In this document: one piece after another, positions 19,272 to 29,000 of the stretch
Layout of the letters: every line of letters begins with the position of its first letter
Numbering within the stretch: the first letter of the stretch is position 1
Assembly: GCA_963727585.1 (NCBI GenBank)
Contig: CAVSHH010000003.1
Coordinates: 1,698,493 to 1,762,492 of the forward strand
Length of the DNA stretch: 64,000 bases
DNA from: an uncultured Chloroflexia bacterium
GTDB lineage: Bacteria; Chloroflexota; Limnocylindria; Limnocylindrales; CSP1-4
Direction of reading: 5' to 3'
Position numbers and translations under genes: made by a program
Notes under the pieces: model-generated
What the model was told of the DNA's origin: nothing
Database searches by the model: none
Seen by the model: only the letters and a program-made list of their open reading frames with translations

Positions 19272-20174
19272 ATGCGCGACGACGAGCCGGAAGGCGGCCC
19301 CGGGGATAGCCCGGCGGACGACGCGTTCGAGGCGGCCGTCCGGGCCGAGATGGACGCGGAGATCGACGAGGGTGACGAGATCCTGCCGTCCGACGGCGAC
19401 GGCGACGGCGATCCGACCGAGGTTGCCGCGTCGGTCGACGACCTCGGGCTGCCGATGCCGGTGCTCGACGCCGGGACCGGCCTGGAGCTCCTGCGGACGG
19501 GAGAGCTGGAGCTGGTGGGCCGCCTGTGGGCCTCGACCAACAACGCCCTGCTGGGCGTGGTCCGCGGCGCCGGGATCGAGGCCGCCTGCATCTACAAGCC
19601 GGTGGCGGGTGAGCGGCCGCTGGGCGACTTCCCGGACCGCACGCTCACCCGGCGTGAGACCGCCGCGTTCGCCGTGTCGCGGGCCAGCGGCTGGGACATC
19701 GTGCCGCCGACCGTGCTCCGGGAGGGACCCTTCGGCGAGGGCATGCTCCAGCTCTGGATCCGCGCCGACGCCTCGGTGGACCCGGTCGCACTGGTCGTCG
19801 CCCAGGATCCCTGCCTGCGCTCGATCGCCGTGTTCGATGCCGCCGTCAACAACACCGACCGCAAGGCGGGACACCTGATCCCGGTGCCCGGCGGACACGT
19901 GTACGGCGTGGACCACGGCGTGACCTTCTCGCCGGTGCCCAAGCTGCGCACCGTGCTGTGGGCCTGGCGCGGCCAGCCGTTCGAGGCCGGCGAGGCGGCG
20001 GTGCTGCGCTCGCTGCGGGCGCGGTTGGACGGCGACCTTGGCCGCGACCTGCGGGCGCTGCTCGACCCGATCGAGGTCGTCGCGACCCGCCGCCGGATCG
20101 ACCGGCTGCTCGAGGCAGGCGTGTTCCCGCACCCCGACCCGCGCCGTCCGGCCCTCCCCTGGCCGCCCGTCTGA
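19272..20174 (+). CDS. SCO1664 family protein (PI3/4-kinase-like fold).
   Basis: LVGRLWASTNNALLGVV...DAAVNNTDRKAGHLIPVPGGHVYGVDHG, a kinase-like catalytic loop. Confidence 0.65.
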   Translation: MRDDEPEGGPGDSPADDAFEAAVRAEMDAEIDEGDEILPSDGDGDGDPTEVAASVDDLGLPMPVLDAGTGLELLRTGELELVGRLWASTNNALLGVVRGAGIEAACIYKPVAGERPLGDFPDRTLTRRETAAFAVSRASGWDIVPPTVLREGPFGEGMLQLWIRADASVDPVALVVAQDPCLRSIAVFDAAVNNTDRKAGHLIPVPGGHVYGVDHGVTFSPVPKLRTVLWAWRGQPFEAGEAAVLRSLRARLDGDLGRDLRALLDPIEVVATRRRIDRLLEAGVFPHPDPRRPALPWPPV

Positions 20175-20194
20175 GCGTTGCCCACGGGAACCCG

Positions 20195-20215
20195 GACCCG
20201 GGCTCGAAGCCCGGG
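20195..20215. terminator. Perfect 8-bp stem hairpin (acccgggc tcgaa gcccgggt) between convergent genes.
   Basis: Inverted repeat read directly. Confidence 0.4.
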
Positions 20216-20222
20216 TGCGCCG

Positions 20223-21035
20223 TCAGGACCCCTTGGCGACCAGCCCGACCCCGTTTCCGCCGATCGTGAGCGTGCCGGCGTCGATCGCATACCCGACGTC
20301 ACCGCGGAGGACAGCGAGCACGTGCTTCTCCACCTGCATCGCAACCGGCTGGCAGGCCATCCTGGTGGTCATGATCGGGCCGAACGTGATCGTCCCGTCG
20401 GTCACGGTCGCCTGGCCGCTGCCGCGGTTGCAGCCGGCATGGACTGCGACCTGGCCGTCCGCGAACACCATGCTCGCGCTGACGCCCGCCGGCATCGACG
20501 ACACGGCGTCGGCAGTGACAAGGCCATCGACGGTCCAGGTGGTGCCCGCGAGCGGGAGGTCGGGCGCGGCCGCGGACTCGTCCATGGCCCTGAGCATGAC
20601 ATCGCCGTTGACCAGCGTCAGGGTGTCGCCGTCGAGGTCCAGCCCGGCGCCGTCGACAAACCCGCTGATCCAGGCGTCCTGGTCCATGAGGTCCGGCTCG
20701 CACCCCATCTCGGTGGTGATCACCTGGCCCACGACAAGCACGCCATCGATGATCTCGTAGTCCCCGCTCATCTGGTTGCAGCCGGCCAGGATGCCGAGGC
20801 GGCCATCCTCGAACCGCAGCGAGATCGTCGATCCCTGCACCACGTCGTGGCCCCCGGCCTCCGTGACGATGAACGTCCGGGCATCGAGATCGGCTGTCGT
20901 CGGCGCGGTGCCGGCGGGCTCTCCGGCGTCCGTCGAGCCAGAGAACGGCGAGGGAGCCGGACTATTCCCGCTCGAGCAGGCGCCGACGATGAGGAGGACG
21001 GCGACCGACGCCGCCGTGGCGGTGGGGAAGCGCAT
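20223..21035 (-). CDS. META-domain (HslJ-like) lipoprotein with tandem META repeats.
   Basis: Lipobox LLIVGACSS, then two domains each containing GCNxxSG (GCNQMSGDY, GCNRGSGQA). Confidence 0.65.
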   Translation of the reverse strand: MRFPTATAASVAVLLIVGACSSGNSPAPSPFSGSTDAGEPAGTAPTTADLDARTFIVTEAGGHDVVQGSTISLRFEDGRLGILAGCNQMSGDYEIIDGVLVVGQVITTEMGCEPDLMDQDAWISGFVDGAGLDLDGDTLTLVNGDVMLRAMDESAAAPDLPLAGTTWTVDGLVTADAVSSMPAGVSASMVFADGQVAVHAGCNRGSGQATVTDGTITFGPIMTTRMACQPVAMQVEKHVLAVLRGDVGYAIDAGTLTIGGNGVGLVAKGS

Positions 21036-21132
21036 GTCTGAGGGTCACCCGTTGCTGGACGCACGAACACGGGCGAGCGCGCAGCCCGCCGCCCGACTGA
21101 CGCCGCCCGCGTGCCGATGGTTCCGGCAGGGG

Positions 21133-21648
21133 TCAGCTGTCCCCGGGCTCGCCGCTGGCCACGGTCTCGAAGCGGACGGCTGAGGTCGTGTCCGCCTCGG
21201 CCGTTCCCTCCCGCCCGAGCAGCCGGTCCACGACGCCGGCGGACTCCAGCTCGTCGGGCACGAGCACCACGGCCGCGCCCTGGCGCTCGGCATAGGCCGC
21301 GAGATCCGCGGCGTCCTTGTCGCTGGGCAGCCAACCCCAGGCATCCAGGCCGCGGGCCCTGAGCGTCCGCACCTGGGCGGCGAGCGACGGGCGGCCGGCG
21401 GTGTCGAGCTGGTCCGCGTCCAGGCGCTCACCGGGACCCGCCTCATCGGCCATGAGCTCGCGCTCGCCGTCGCCCGACCACGAGGTGGGCACGGGGCTGG
21501 CGAACAGGCCGCCGGCATCGATGTCGTACAGGATGACGGCTCGGCCCTCATCCGCAGCAAGATTGCCCGCGCGTTGCCGGACGGCACGGTAGCGGTCATC
21601 GTCGCCGGTGACGGCGACGATCGGGCCGGGCGTGGACGGAATCGACAT
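21133..21648 (-). CDS. Hypothetical acidic protein.
   Basis: Diverse amino-acid composition. A strong RBS (GGGAGG) precedes the ATG at 21648. Confidence 0.5.
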   Translation of the reverse strand: MSIPSTPGPIVAVTGDDDRYRAVRQRAGNLAADEGRAVILYDIDAGGLFASPVPTSWSGDGERELMADEAGPGERLDADQLDTAGRPSLAAQVRTLRARGLDAWGWLPSDKDAADLAAYAERQGAAVVLVPDELESAGVVDRLLGREGTAEADTTSAVRFETVASGEPGDS

Positions 21649-21931
21649 GAGGGACCTCCCGCGGGAACCCCCACCTTGCCCTCCCGGGGCTCACGGGTGC
21701 GTTACAGCCAGGTCCTGTCATGTGCGGGGTGGTTGACAAGAACGGCCGTTCACCCCATGATTCGTCAATCGCCCGAAGCACGCGGCCGCGAGGCCGGCGC
21801 CAAGAACGCGCACACCGTCGCCGCGCCGGGCCCAATCACTTCGCCGCTCCGGCCACCGCACGTCTCGGCCGTTGGAGCGGCAGCAGGCCCGCCCAATCCC
21901 GGCGGTGCCCCGGAAAGGAATCACTCGTCAC

Positions 21932-22120
21932 ATGCTCTCCCGCGCCACCACGAATGCCGTGGCGCATCGCGCCAGCTCGATGCGCCGGATGCGCCGTCGG
22001 GCGGTCCATGCGAACCGTCTCTACTGTGCCACCAACGGCTGCACGTCCTTCCTCGTCGTCGACGAGCTGGGCGGCGTCGCCCACTGCGAGATCTGCGGCT
22101 ACATCCGCAAGCTCCACTGA
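21932..22120 (+). CDS. Small zinc-ribbon protein (62 aa).
   Basis: MLSRATTNAVAHRASSMRRMRRRAVHANRLYCATNGCTSFLVVDELGGVAHCEICGYIRKLH, with a CxxxxC...CxxC arrangement and an AAAGGAA RBS 8 nt upstream. Confidence 0.45.
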   Translation: MLSRATTNAVAHRASSMRRMRRRAVHANRLYCATNGCTSFLVVDELGGVAHCEICGYIRKLH

Positions 22121-22373
22121 GGCGCGGCCCACAGCCCGGGCTCGCAGCCACCACACCTCGCAGTCACCAGACCAGGCTCCGCGGCCGGAGCGTTCCGCCT
22201 CCCGTCCGAGCCATCCACGGCCGGCCCCACCGGGCCGGCCGTCGAGATTCGCGCCGCTGCGCCTCGCCATCCGGAACGCATCCTCGGGCGAAGGAGTGGG
22301 CAGGACAGCAAGTCCTCCAATCCTCGCTCACTCGAGCGACCGGACAGCCCCCACCAACACTGGAGACTGCCAA

Positions 22374-23297
22374 GTGCGCACCGCCCGCCTCGCCGGCATC
22401 ATCGCCGCCGGCTCCCTCGCCCTCGCCGTCGCCGCGCCCGTCGCGGCCGCCGAGCCGGCCCCCCTCACCGCGGTCGTGGCCGTGGACACCGGGACACCGA
22501 CCGCAGGCAGCGCCTGGGTCCGGGTCCTCCATGGCTCGCCCGACGCCCCCCAGGTCGACGTCCTCGTGGGCGCCGACCTCGACGGGGCCGCCAAGGTGGA
22601 TGCCCTCTCCGGCCTGTCGTTCGGCGAGATCTCGGACTACGCGGAGGTTCCCGCAGGCACGTACGCCGTCAAGGTCTGCGCCACCGCCGACAACTCGGTC
22701 TGCCCGATCGAGGTCGCCTCGCTCGATCTCGCCGCGGACACCAAGTACACCGTCGCCGCCTCCGACCTGCTGGCCTCGATCAAGGCCGACGTCTTCGTCG
22801 ATGCACCCGCCGACAATCCCGACCAGGCCCAGGCCCGCGTCGTGCACCTGTCTGCCGACACCCCCGCGGTCGACGTCCTGACCCAGGACGGCAGCGCCAC
22901 GGTCGTCTCCGACCTCGCCTACCCGGACGCCACGGACTACCTGGCGCTGGATGCCGGCAGCTACGACCTCAAGGTCTGCGCCACTGCCGACACCACCGTC
23001 TGCCCGCTCGATCCCGGCTCGCTCGACCTCGCAGCTGGCGAGGCGTACAGCGTGTTCGCGGTCGGCTCGCTCGATGCCACCCTCAATGACGGCGGCGGCA
23101 ACGGCGGCAGCGGCGGCGGCAGCAACGGCGGCAACAACGGCAACGGCGGCACCGACCTGCCGGAGACCGACACCGTCGCAGCCCCCGGCGCCACCGACTC
23201 CGGCACGATGCCGGTGCTCCCCCTCCTCGGCATCGCCGCGGTCGCCGGCCTGATCGCCTCCCGCCGGTTTGTCACGGCCCGCGCCCGCAACCGCTAG
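22374..23297 (+). CDS. DUF4397 domain protein with signal peptide and C-terminal membrane anchor.
   Basis: Signal peptide LAGIIAAGSLALAVAAPVAAA. Two repeats of VLHGSPDAP.VDVL..GA...VVHLSADTPAVDVL. Gly/Asn-rich linker and C-terminal VLPLLGIAAVAGLIASRRF. GTG start at 22374. Confidence 0.6.
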   Translation: MRTARLAGIIAAGSLALAVAAPVAAAEPAPLTAVVAVDTGTPTAGSAWVRVLHGSPDAPQVDVLVGADLDGAAKVDALSGLSFGEISDYAEVPAGTYAVKVCATADNSVCPIEVASLDLAADTKYTVAASDLLASIKADVFVDAPADNPDQAQARVVHLSADTPAVDVLTQDGSATVVSDLAYPDATDYLALDAGSYDLKVCATADTTVCPLDPGSLDLAAGEAYSVFAVGSLDATLNDGGGNGGSGGGSNGGNNGNGGTDLPETDTVAAPGATDSGTMPVLPLLGIAAVAGLIASRRFVTARARNR

Positions 23298-23317
23298 CCC
23301 AATCCCCTCCCCCAGAC

Positions 23318-23347
23318 CTCACGCCCCGGACCGGCTCCCCGGTCCGG
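23318..23347 (+). terminator. Perfect 13-bp stem hairpin (cgccccggaccgg ctcc ccggtccggggcg) downstream of the DUF4397 gene.
   Basis: Inverted repeat read directly. Confidence 0.5.
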
Positions 23348-23454
23348 GGCGTTCCCATGCCATGCGACGGCTGCCCGCGGCCGCGCCGGGCGGAGCATGA
23401 TCGTCGGGAGCAGGCACGCAACCGGTCCAGCCGGCCGGGGCAAGGAGGTCATCG

Positions 23455-24819
23455 ATGACCAGCGGCAGGATCCTGGACCGCTCCCGTCTCGGGCGACTGA
23501 TGGCGGATGAGACGGCCGCCTTCGAGCGGGCCAACCCGCGCTCGCGCGCGTTGTTCGAGCGGGCGAAGGGGTCGCTGCTCGACGGCGTGCCGATGAACTG
23601 GATGGTCAAGTGGGCGGGTCCATACCCGTTGTTCGTGGAGTCGGCGTCGGGTGCGCGGTTCAGCGACGTTGACGGACATGAGTACGTGGACCTGTGCCTG
23701 GGCGATACGGGCGCGATGGCCGGCCACGGGCCCGAGGCGACGCTGCGGGCCGTCGAGGCCCAGATGCGACGGGGCATCACGCACATGCTGCCGACCGAGG
23801 ACGCGATCGTGGCGGGTGATGAGCTGCGTCGCCGGTTCGGTCTCCGGTTCTGGCAGTTCACCCTTACCGCCACCGACGCCAACCGGTTCGTGATCCGGCT
23901 GGCCCGGCACCTCACGGGTCGCCCCAGGATCGTGGTCCACAACCACTGCTACCACGGCTCGGTGGACGAGACCTTCGCGGTCATCGGCCCGGACGGCGAG
24001 GCGACTGCGCGCCCGGGCAACATCGGCCCGCCCGTGCCGCTCGCCGAGACGACCCGGGTGGTCGAGATCAACGATCTCGAGGGGCTGGAGCGGGAGCTGG
24101 CCAGGGGCGACGTCGCCGCCTGCCTGTTCGAGCCGGCGCTGACCAACGTCGGCATCGTGCTGCCCGAACCCGGCTATCACGAGGGCGTCCGGGACCTCAC
24201 CCGGCGCCACGGGACGCTGGTCATCAACGACGAGACCCACACGATCTGCGCCGGCCCCGGCGGGTACACCGGTGCCCACGGGCTGGCGCCCGACTTCCTC
24301 ACGATCGGCAAAACGATCGGCGGCGGGATCCCGGCGGCGACCTACGGGTTCAGCGAGGAAGTCGGCGCCCGGATCAGCGCCTCGATCGAGCGCGAGGTCA
24401 GCGATGTGGGCGGCATCGGCGGCACGCTGGCCGGCAACGCCCTGTCGCTGGCGGCCATCCGCGCAACCCTGGGCGAGGTCCTCACCGACGAGGCGTTCGC
24501 GCGGATGATCCCGCTCGGCGAGCGGTTCGAGACGGGGGTCAACGAGGTGCTCGCGGCGAGTGCCGTGCCGTGGCACGTGACCCGGCTCGGGGCGAGGGCC
24601 GAGTACCACTTCCTGCCCGAGCCCCCGCGCAACGGCAGCGCGATGAACGACGCGATGGACCCCGAGCTGGAGCGGTTCCTGCACCTGTGGGCGATGAACC
24701 GGGGCGTGCTGATGACGCCGTTCCACAACATGGCCCTGATGTCGCCGGCGACCACGACCGCCGACGTCGACCGTCACACCGAGGTGTTCGGCGAGGCGAT
24801 CGAGGCGCTGTTCGGTTGA
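23455..24819 (+). CDS. Class III aminotransferase (glutamate-1-semialdehyde aminomutase-like).
   Basis: AAGGAGG RBS. HNHCYHGS, DETHT, GKTIGGG (PLP lysine region). Confidence 0.8.
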   Translation: MTSGRILDRSRLGRLMADETAAFERANPRSRALFERAKGSLLDGVPMNWMVKWAGPYPLFVESASGARFSDVDGHEYVDLCLGDTGAMAGHGPEATLRAVEAQMRRGITHMLPTEDAIVAGDELRRRFGLRFWQFTLTATDANRFVIRLARHLTGRPRIVVHNHCYHGSVDETFAVIGPDGEATARPGNIGPPVPLAETTRVVEINDLEGLERELARGDVAACLFEPALTNVGIVLPEPGYHEGVRDLTRRHGTLVINDETHTICAGPGGYTGAHGLAPDFLTIGKTIGGGIPAATYGFSEEVGARISASIEREVSDVGGIGGTLAGNALSLAAIRATLGEVLTDEAFARMIPLGERFETGVNEVLAASAVPWHVTRLGARAEYHFLPEPPRNGSAMNDAMDPELERFLHLWAMNRGVLMTPFHNMALMSPATTTADVDRHTEVFGEAIEALFG

Positions 24820-24859
24820 TGGCAAGGCGCGTCCGCCCGCGATCCGCGCCATCCTGCTG

Positions 24860-25390
24860 ATGGCCCAGCCGGTCGTCCGGACGGCGCTGCTGCTCCCCGT
24901 GCCCGCTGCCGAGGCGGTGGTCGACCCGTGGCGTCGACGCTTCGACCCGGCCGCATCCTGGGGCGTGCCCGCCCACGTCACGCTCCTGTACCCCTTCGTT
25001 CCTCCGGCCGCGCTCGAGCCCGGGGTTGTCGACAAGCTGGCGACCCTGTTCGCCGACCGCGCGCCGGTGAGCATCGCCCTGTCCGAGGCCCGGCGGTTCG
25101 GTGACAGGGTCCTGTACCTGGCCCCCGAGCCGGCCGAACCGATCCGCGCGCTGACCGACGCGATCGTTGCCGCCTTCCCGGGCTGCCGGCCGTATGGCGG
25201 GCGGTTCGACGAGGTGGTCCCGCACCTCACGCTGACCGACGGCGCGCCGGCCGGGGTGATGGCCGCTGCCGAGACGGGGCTCGCATCTCGGCTGCCCATC
25301 CGCTGCCTGGTCCAGGAGGTCTGGCTGATGGCGGGCAGCGATGAACCCGGATCCTGGCGGGTGATGGAGCGCTTCCCGCTCGGCCGTTGA
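24860..25390 (+). CDS. 2H phosphoesterase / 2'-5' RNA ligase (LigT-like) family protein.
   Basis: Two H-x-T-x motifs (HVTLLYPF and HLTLTDG). Confidence 0.7.
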   Translation: MAQPVVRTALLLPVPAAEAVVDPWRRRFDPAASWGVPAHVTLLYPFVPPAALEPGVVDKLATLFADRAPVSIALSEARRFGDRVLYLAPEPAEPIRALTDAIVAAFPGCRPYGGRFDEVVPHLTLTDGAPAGVMAAAETGLASRLPIRCLVQEVWLMAGSDEPGSWRVMERFPLGR

Positions 25391-25420
25391 CCGCGTCCGA
25401 GCGGCCGGGGTCCGGAGGCC

Positions 25421-25993
25421 TCAGCCCCGCTCGTTCCCGGTCCGCAGCCACCAGCGCCGCTCGCGGATCTCCTCGCCGGCGATCTCGTCCACGAGCAGCT
25501 CGCCGGGCTCGAACCCTCGGGCCACGTAGAACGGCTCGGCCAGGTCGTTGTCCACCAGCACATCGGCCGCGAGGTCGACCGACGGGTACCGTTCCCGGAC
25601 GCGGGCGAGCAACGCCGTCCCCAGTCCCTGGCCCCGCCCTCCGGGCCGAGAGTAGATGGCGATGATCTGGACGTGGTCGCCCCGCGCCGTCGCCTCCACG
25701 AACGCATCCACCCGCCCGTCCGGGGACCCGTAGCCCGCCACCAGGACGTCATGGCGCTCGAGCCGGAGCGCGACCCGCTCGGGCGAGTAGGCAGCGGCGG
25801 TGAACCGCTCGATCGACTCGTCACCGATCCGCCCCGTGTAGGTCGCCCACCAGGCCGCAGTCGCGATCTCCCCGATGGCCGCCGCATCCTCCGGGGTCGC
25901 CGGACGCACGAACACGGGCCGCAGCCCGGCGGCGGGCTGCGGCGCGGAGGTCGGGGAGGTCAGGGCCGAACGGGCTCTGCGTGGAGGCGTCAC
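25421..25993 (-). CDS. GNAT family N-acetyltransferase.
   Basis: Acetyl-CoA motif RGQGLGTALL. The real start may be the internal GTG near 25915 (VFVRPATPED). Confidence 0.65.
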   Translation of the reverse strand: MTPPRRARSALTSPTSAPQPAAGLRPVFVRPATPEDAAAIGEIATAAWWATYTGRIGDESIERFTAAAYSPERVALRLERHDVLVAGYGSPDGRVDAFVEATARGDHVQIIAIYSRPGGRGQGLGTALLARVRERYPSVDLAADVLVDNDLAEPFYVARGFEPGELLVDEIAGEEIRERRWWLRTGNERG

Positions 25994-26016
25994 CCGCGCA
26001 GTCTACGGGCGGCGAC

Positions 26017-26051
26017 GTGCCCGTGCCCGTGCCCGTGCCCGTGCCCGTGCC
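26017..26051. repeat. (GTGCCC)n hexanucleotide microsatellite, 5.8 units, in the divergent intergenic region.
   Basis: Read directly: gtgccc x5 then gtgcca. Confidence 0.95.
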
Positions 26052-26089
26052 ACGCAAGCTGGCACGCGACCGGGCTAGAGTGGGCCACC

Positions 26090-29000
26090 GTGCAGCTCCA
26101 CGACGACGGCACGCTGGTCGTGTCCGCCACCGACCTCGTCGGCTACCTCGAGTGCGACCACCTCGTCACGCTCGAGAAGGCGCGTGCCCGCGGCGAGCTC
26201 GTGAAGCCCGTCCGCAACGACCCTGAGCTGGAGCTCGTCCGCCGCCGGGGCTACGAGCACGAGCGGCGGTACATCGCCCGGCTGGAGGCCGAGGGCCGGA
26301 CGGTCGTCGAGATGAGCTCCCGGGAGCCGAGAACCCCCGACGAGCTCCGAGCAGCCGAGGCGGAGACGCTGGCAGCGATGCAGGCCGGGACGGACGTCAT
26401 CTTCCAGGCCACCTTCTTCGACGGCCGCTGGCGCGGCCACCCGGACTTCCTGGTCCGGCGCGACGATCGGCCGTCGTCCCTCGGCGGGTGGAGCTATGAC
26501 ATCGCGGACACCAAGCTCGCCCGCCGCGTCAAGGCAGCCGCCATCCTCCAGATGTGCGTCTACGCTGACCGCCTCGCTGAGCTGCAGGGGATCCCGCCGG
26601 AGACGATCGCCGTGGTGACGGGTGATCGCGAGGCGCATCCCCACCGGCTCGAAGACTATGCGGCCTACTTCCGGGCCGCCCGGCGGCGGTTCGAGGCGCG
26701 GGTGTTCCAGCCCGCGCCCACGGGCGCGCCGGCGACCTATCCGGAGCCCGTGGACCACTGTCGCGTCTGCTCGTGGTGGATCGAGTGCCAGGATCGGCGC
26801 CGAGCCGACGACCACCTCTCGATCGTGGCGGGGGCGGCGAAGACCCAGCGCCGGCGGCTGGTCGAGGCGGGGGTGACGACGCTGGCGGGGCTCGCGAGGC
26901 TGGACGAGGGTCGCGGCATCCGCGGGATGCAGCCCCGGATCCTGGGCCGGCTGCGCCAGCAGGCCGCGCTCCAGCTCGCGTGGCGGGAGGACGGCGTGGA
27001 CAGGTACGAGCTCCTCCCCCCGTCGCCGGACGAGCCCGGCAAGGGCCTCGCGGCCCTGCCCCCGCCGTCCCGCCTCGACGTGTTCTTCGACATCGAGGCC
27101 GACCCGTGGGCGCTGGATGACGGCCTCGAGTACCTGTTCGGCTGGGTCGAACGCGAGGAGGCGACCGGCGAGCCCGGCTTTCACGCCCTGTGGGCCCACG
27201 ACCGCGAGCAGGAGAAGGCAATGCTGGAGGCGTTCGTGGACCTGGTCCTCGAGCGCCGTCGGCAGGACCCCGGAATGCACGTGTATCACTACGGCGGCTA
27301 CGAGTCGGGCGCGCTCAAGCGGCTGATGCAGCGACACGCGACGCGCGAGGACGAGATCGACGTGCTGCTCCGGGGTCGCGTGCTGGTCAATCTCTATGAC
27401 CATGTCGTGCGCCAGGGCCTCAGGGCCAGCGTGGAGAGCTACTCGATCAAGAAGCTCGAGACGTTCTACATGCCGCGCCGCGAGGGTGGCATCACCCACG
27501 CCGGGTTCAGCGTCGTCGAGTACGAGCGCTGGATGGAGAGCGGCGATCCGGCGATCCTGGACGCCATCGCCGCCTACAACCGCGACGACTGCGTGTCCAA
27601 CCTGCTGCTCCGGGACTGGCTCGAGGCGCGCCGGGACGAGGCGCTGGTCAGCCACCCCGAGTGGTATCCCGCCGGCGAGATCCTTCGACCGGCCCCGGAG
27701 GACGGCGAGGCGCCCGAGAAACTGCGCGAGGAGGTGGCCGCGACGCGGCGCCGCGAGGACGCCCTGCGTGAGGGCGTGCCCGTGGATCGCGCCCAACGGA
27801 CGTCGGGGCAGCAGGGCCGGTGGCTGCTGGCGGGCCTGCTGGACTGGTACCGGCGCGAGGCCAAGCCGCAGTGGTGGGACCACTACCGGCTGGTGGACGC
27901 GCCGCTGGACGACCTGTACGCGGACGGGTCGGCGCTGGCCGGACTCCGGTTCATGGACGATCTCGGGCGGGCCGCGAGCTCATCGGTTCACCGGTACGGG
28001 TTCGATCCTGCCCAGGACACGAAGGTGGCCGAGGGCAAGGCCTACCTGGCACTCGCCCCGAATGCCGACGGGATGGGCTGGGACATGACCGGGGTGAGCG
28101 TCGTGGCGCTGGATCCCCTGGCCGGGACGGTCGACATCAGGCGCAACGCATCACGACCGCACCCGCTCGCGCTCATCCCCGCCAAGCCGTACCGCACGGA
28201 CGCGATGCGCGACGCGTTGCTCAGGCTCGCGGACCACGTCCTGGACAACGGGCTCGAGGGGCCCGGGCGGTTCCGCGCCGCCCGTGACCTCGTCCTGGGC
28301 CTGCCGCCCCGAATCGCCGGCCTCGCCCCCGGTGCCAGGCTCGCCGCCGACGGAGCCGACGTCACGGCCGTCGCGCGCGAGGTGGCCCTCCGCCTGGAGT
28401 CGACCGTGCTTCCCATCCAGGGACCGCCCGGGACCGGCAAGACGTACACCGCGGCGCGGATGATCCTGGACCTGGTGGCCGACGGCCGGCAGGTCGGCGT
28501 CACGGCGCAGTCGCACAGGGTCATCGAGAACCTGCTCGAGGCGGTGGTGAAGGCGGCCGACGAGATCGGGCAGACCATCCGGATCGGCCACCGCGACGAC
28601 GAGGACGGGGCCGGTCCGTCGCCCGCCGGGATCGAGCGCATCAAGGACTCGAAGGCGATCGCCGGTGGGCTGGAGGCGCGCACGTGGGATGTCGTCGGGG
28701 GCACCAGCTGGGTGTGGGCGCGACCGGAGCTCGAGGGCGCCATCGACGTCCTGTTCGTCGACGAGGCCGGCCAGGTCTCGCTGGCCATGGTGTGTGCCGT
28801 GGCCGGCGCCGCGTCGTCGGTCGTCCTGCTCGGCGACCCGAACCAGCTGCCGCAGGTTTCCCAGGGCGTGCATCCGGAGGGAGCCGAGGCCTCGGCTCTC
28901 GAGCACCTGGTCGGCGAGGCGCGAACCATCCCACCCGAACGCGGTCTCCTGCTGGACACGACGTACCGCCTCCACCCCGCCGTCAACGCGTTCATCTCGA

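Noticed and set aside
25673-26089. Upstream extension of the nuclease-helicase ORF (track start 25673).
   Set aside because: The extension overlaps the convergently coded GNAT gene and the (GTGCCC)n repeat and translates to low-complexity (CP)n. A GTG at 26090, just before the conserved nuclease N-terminus, is a more plausible start.
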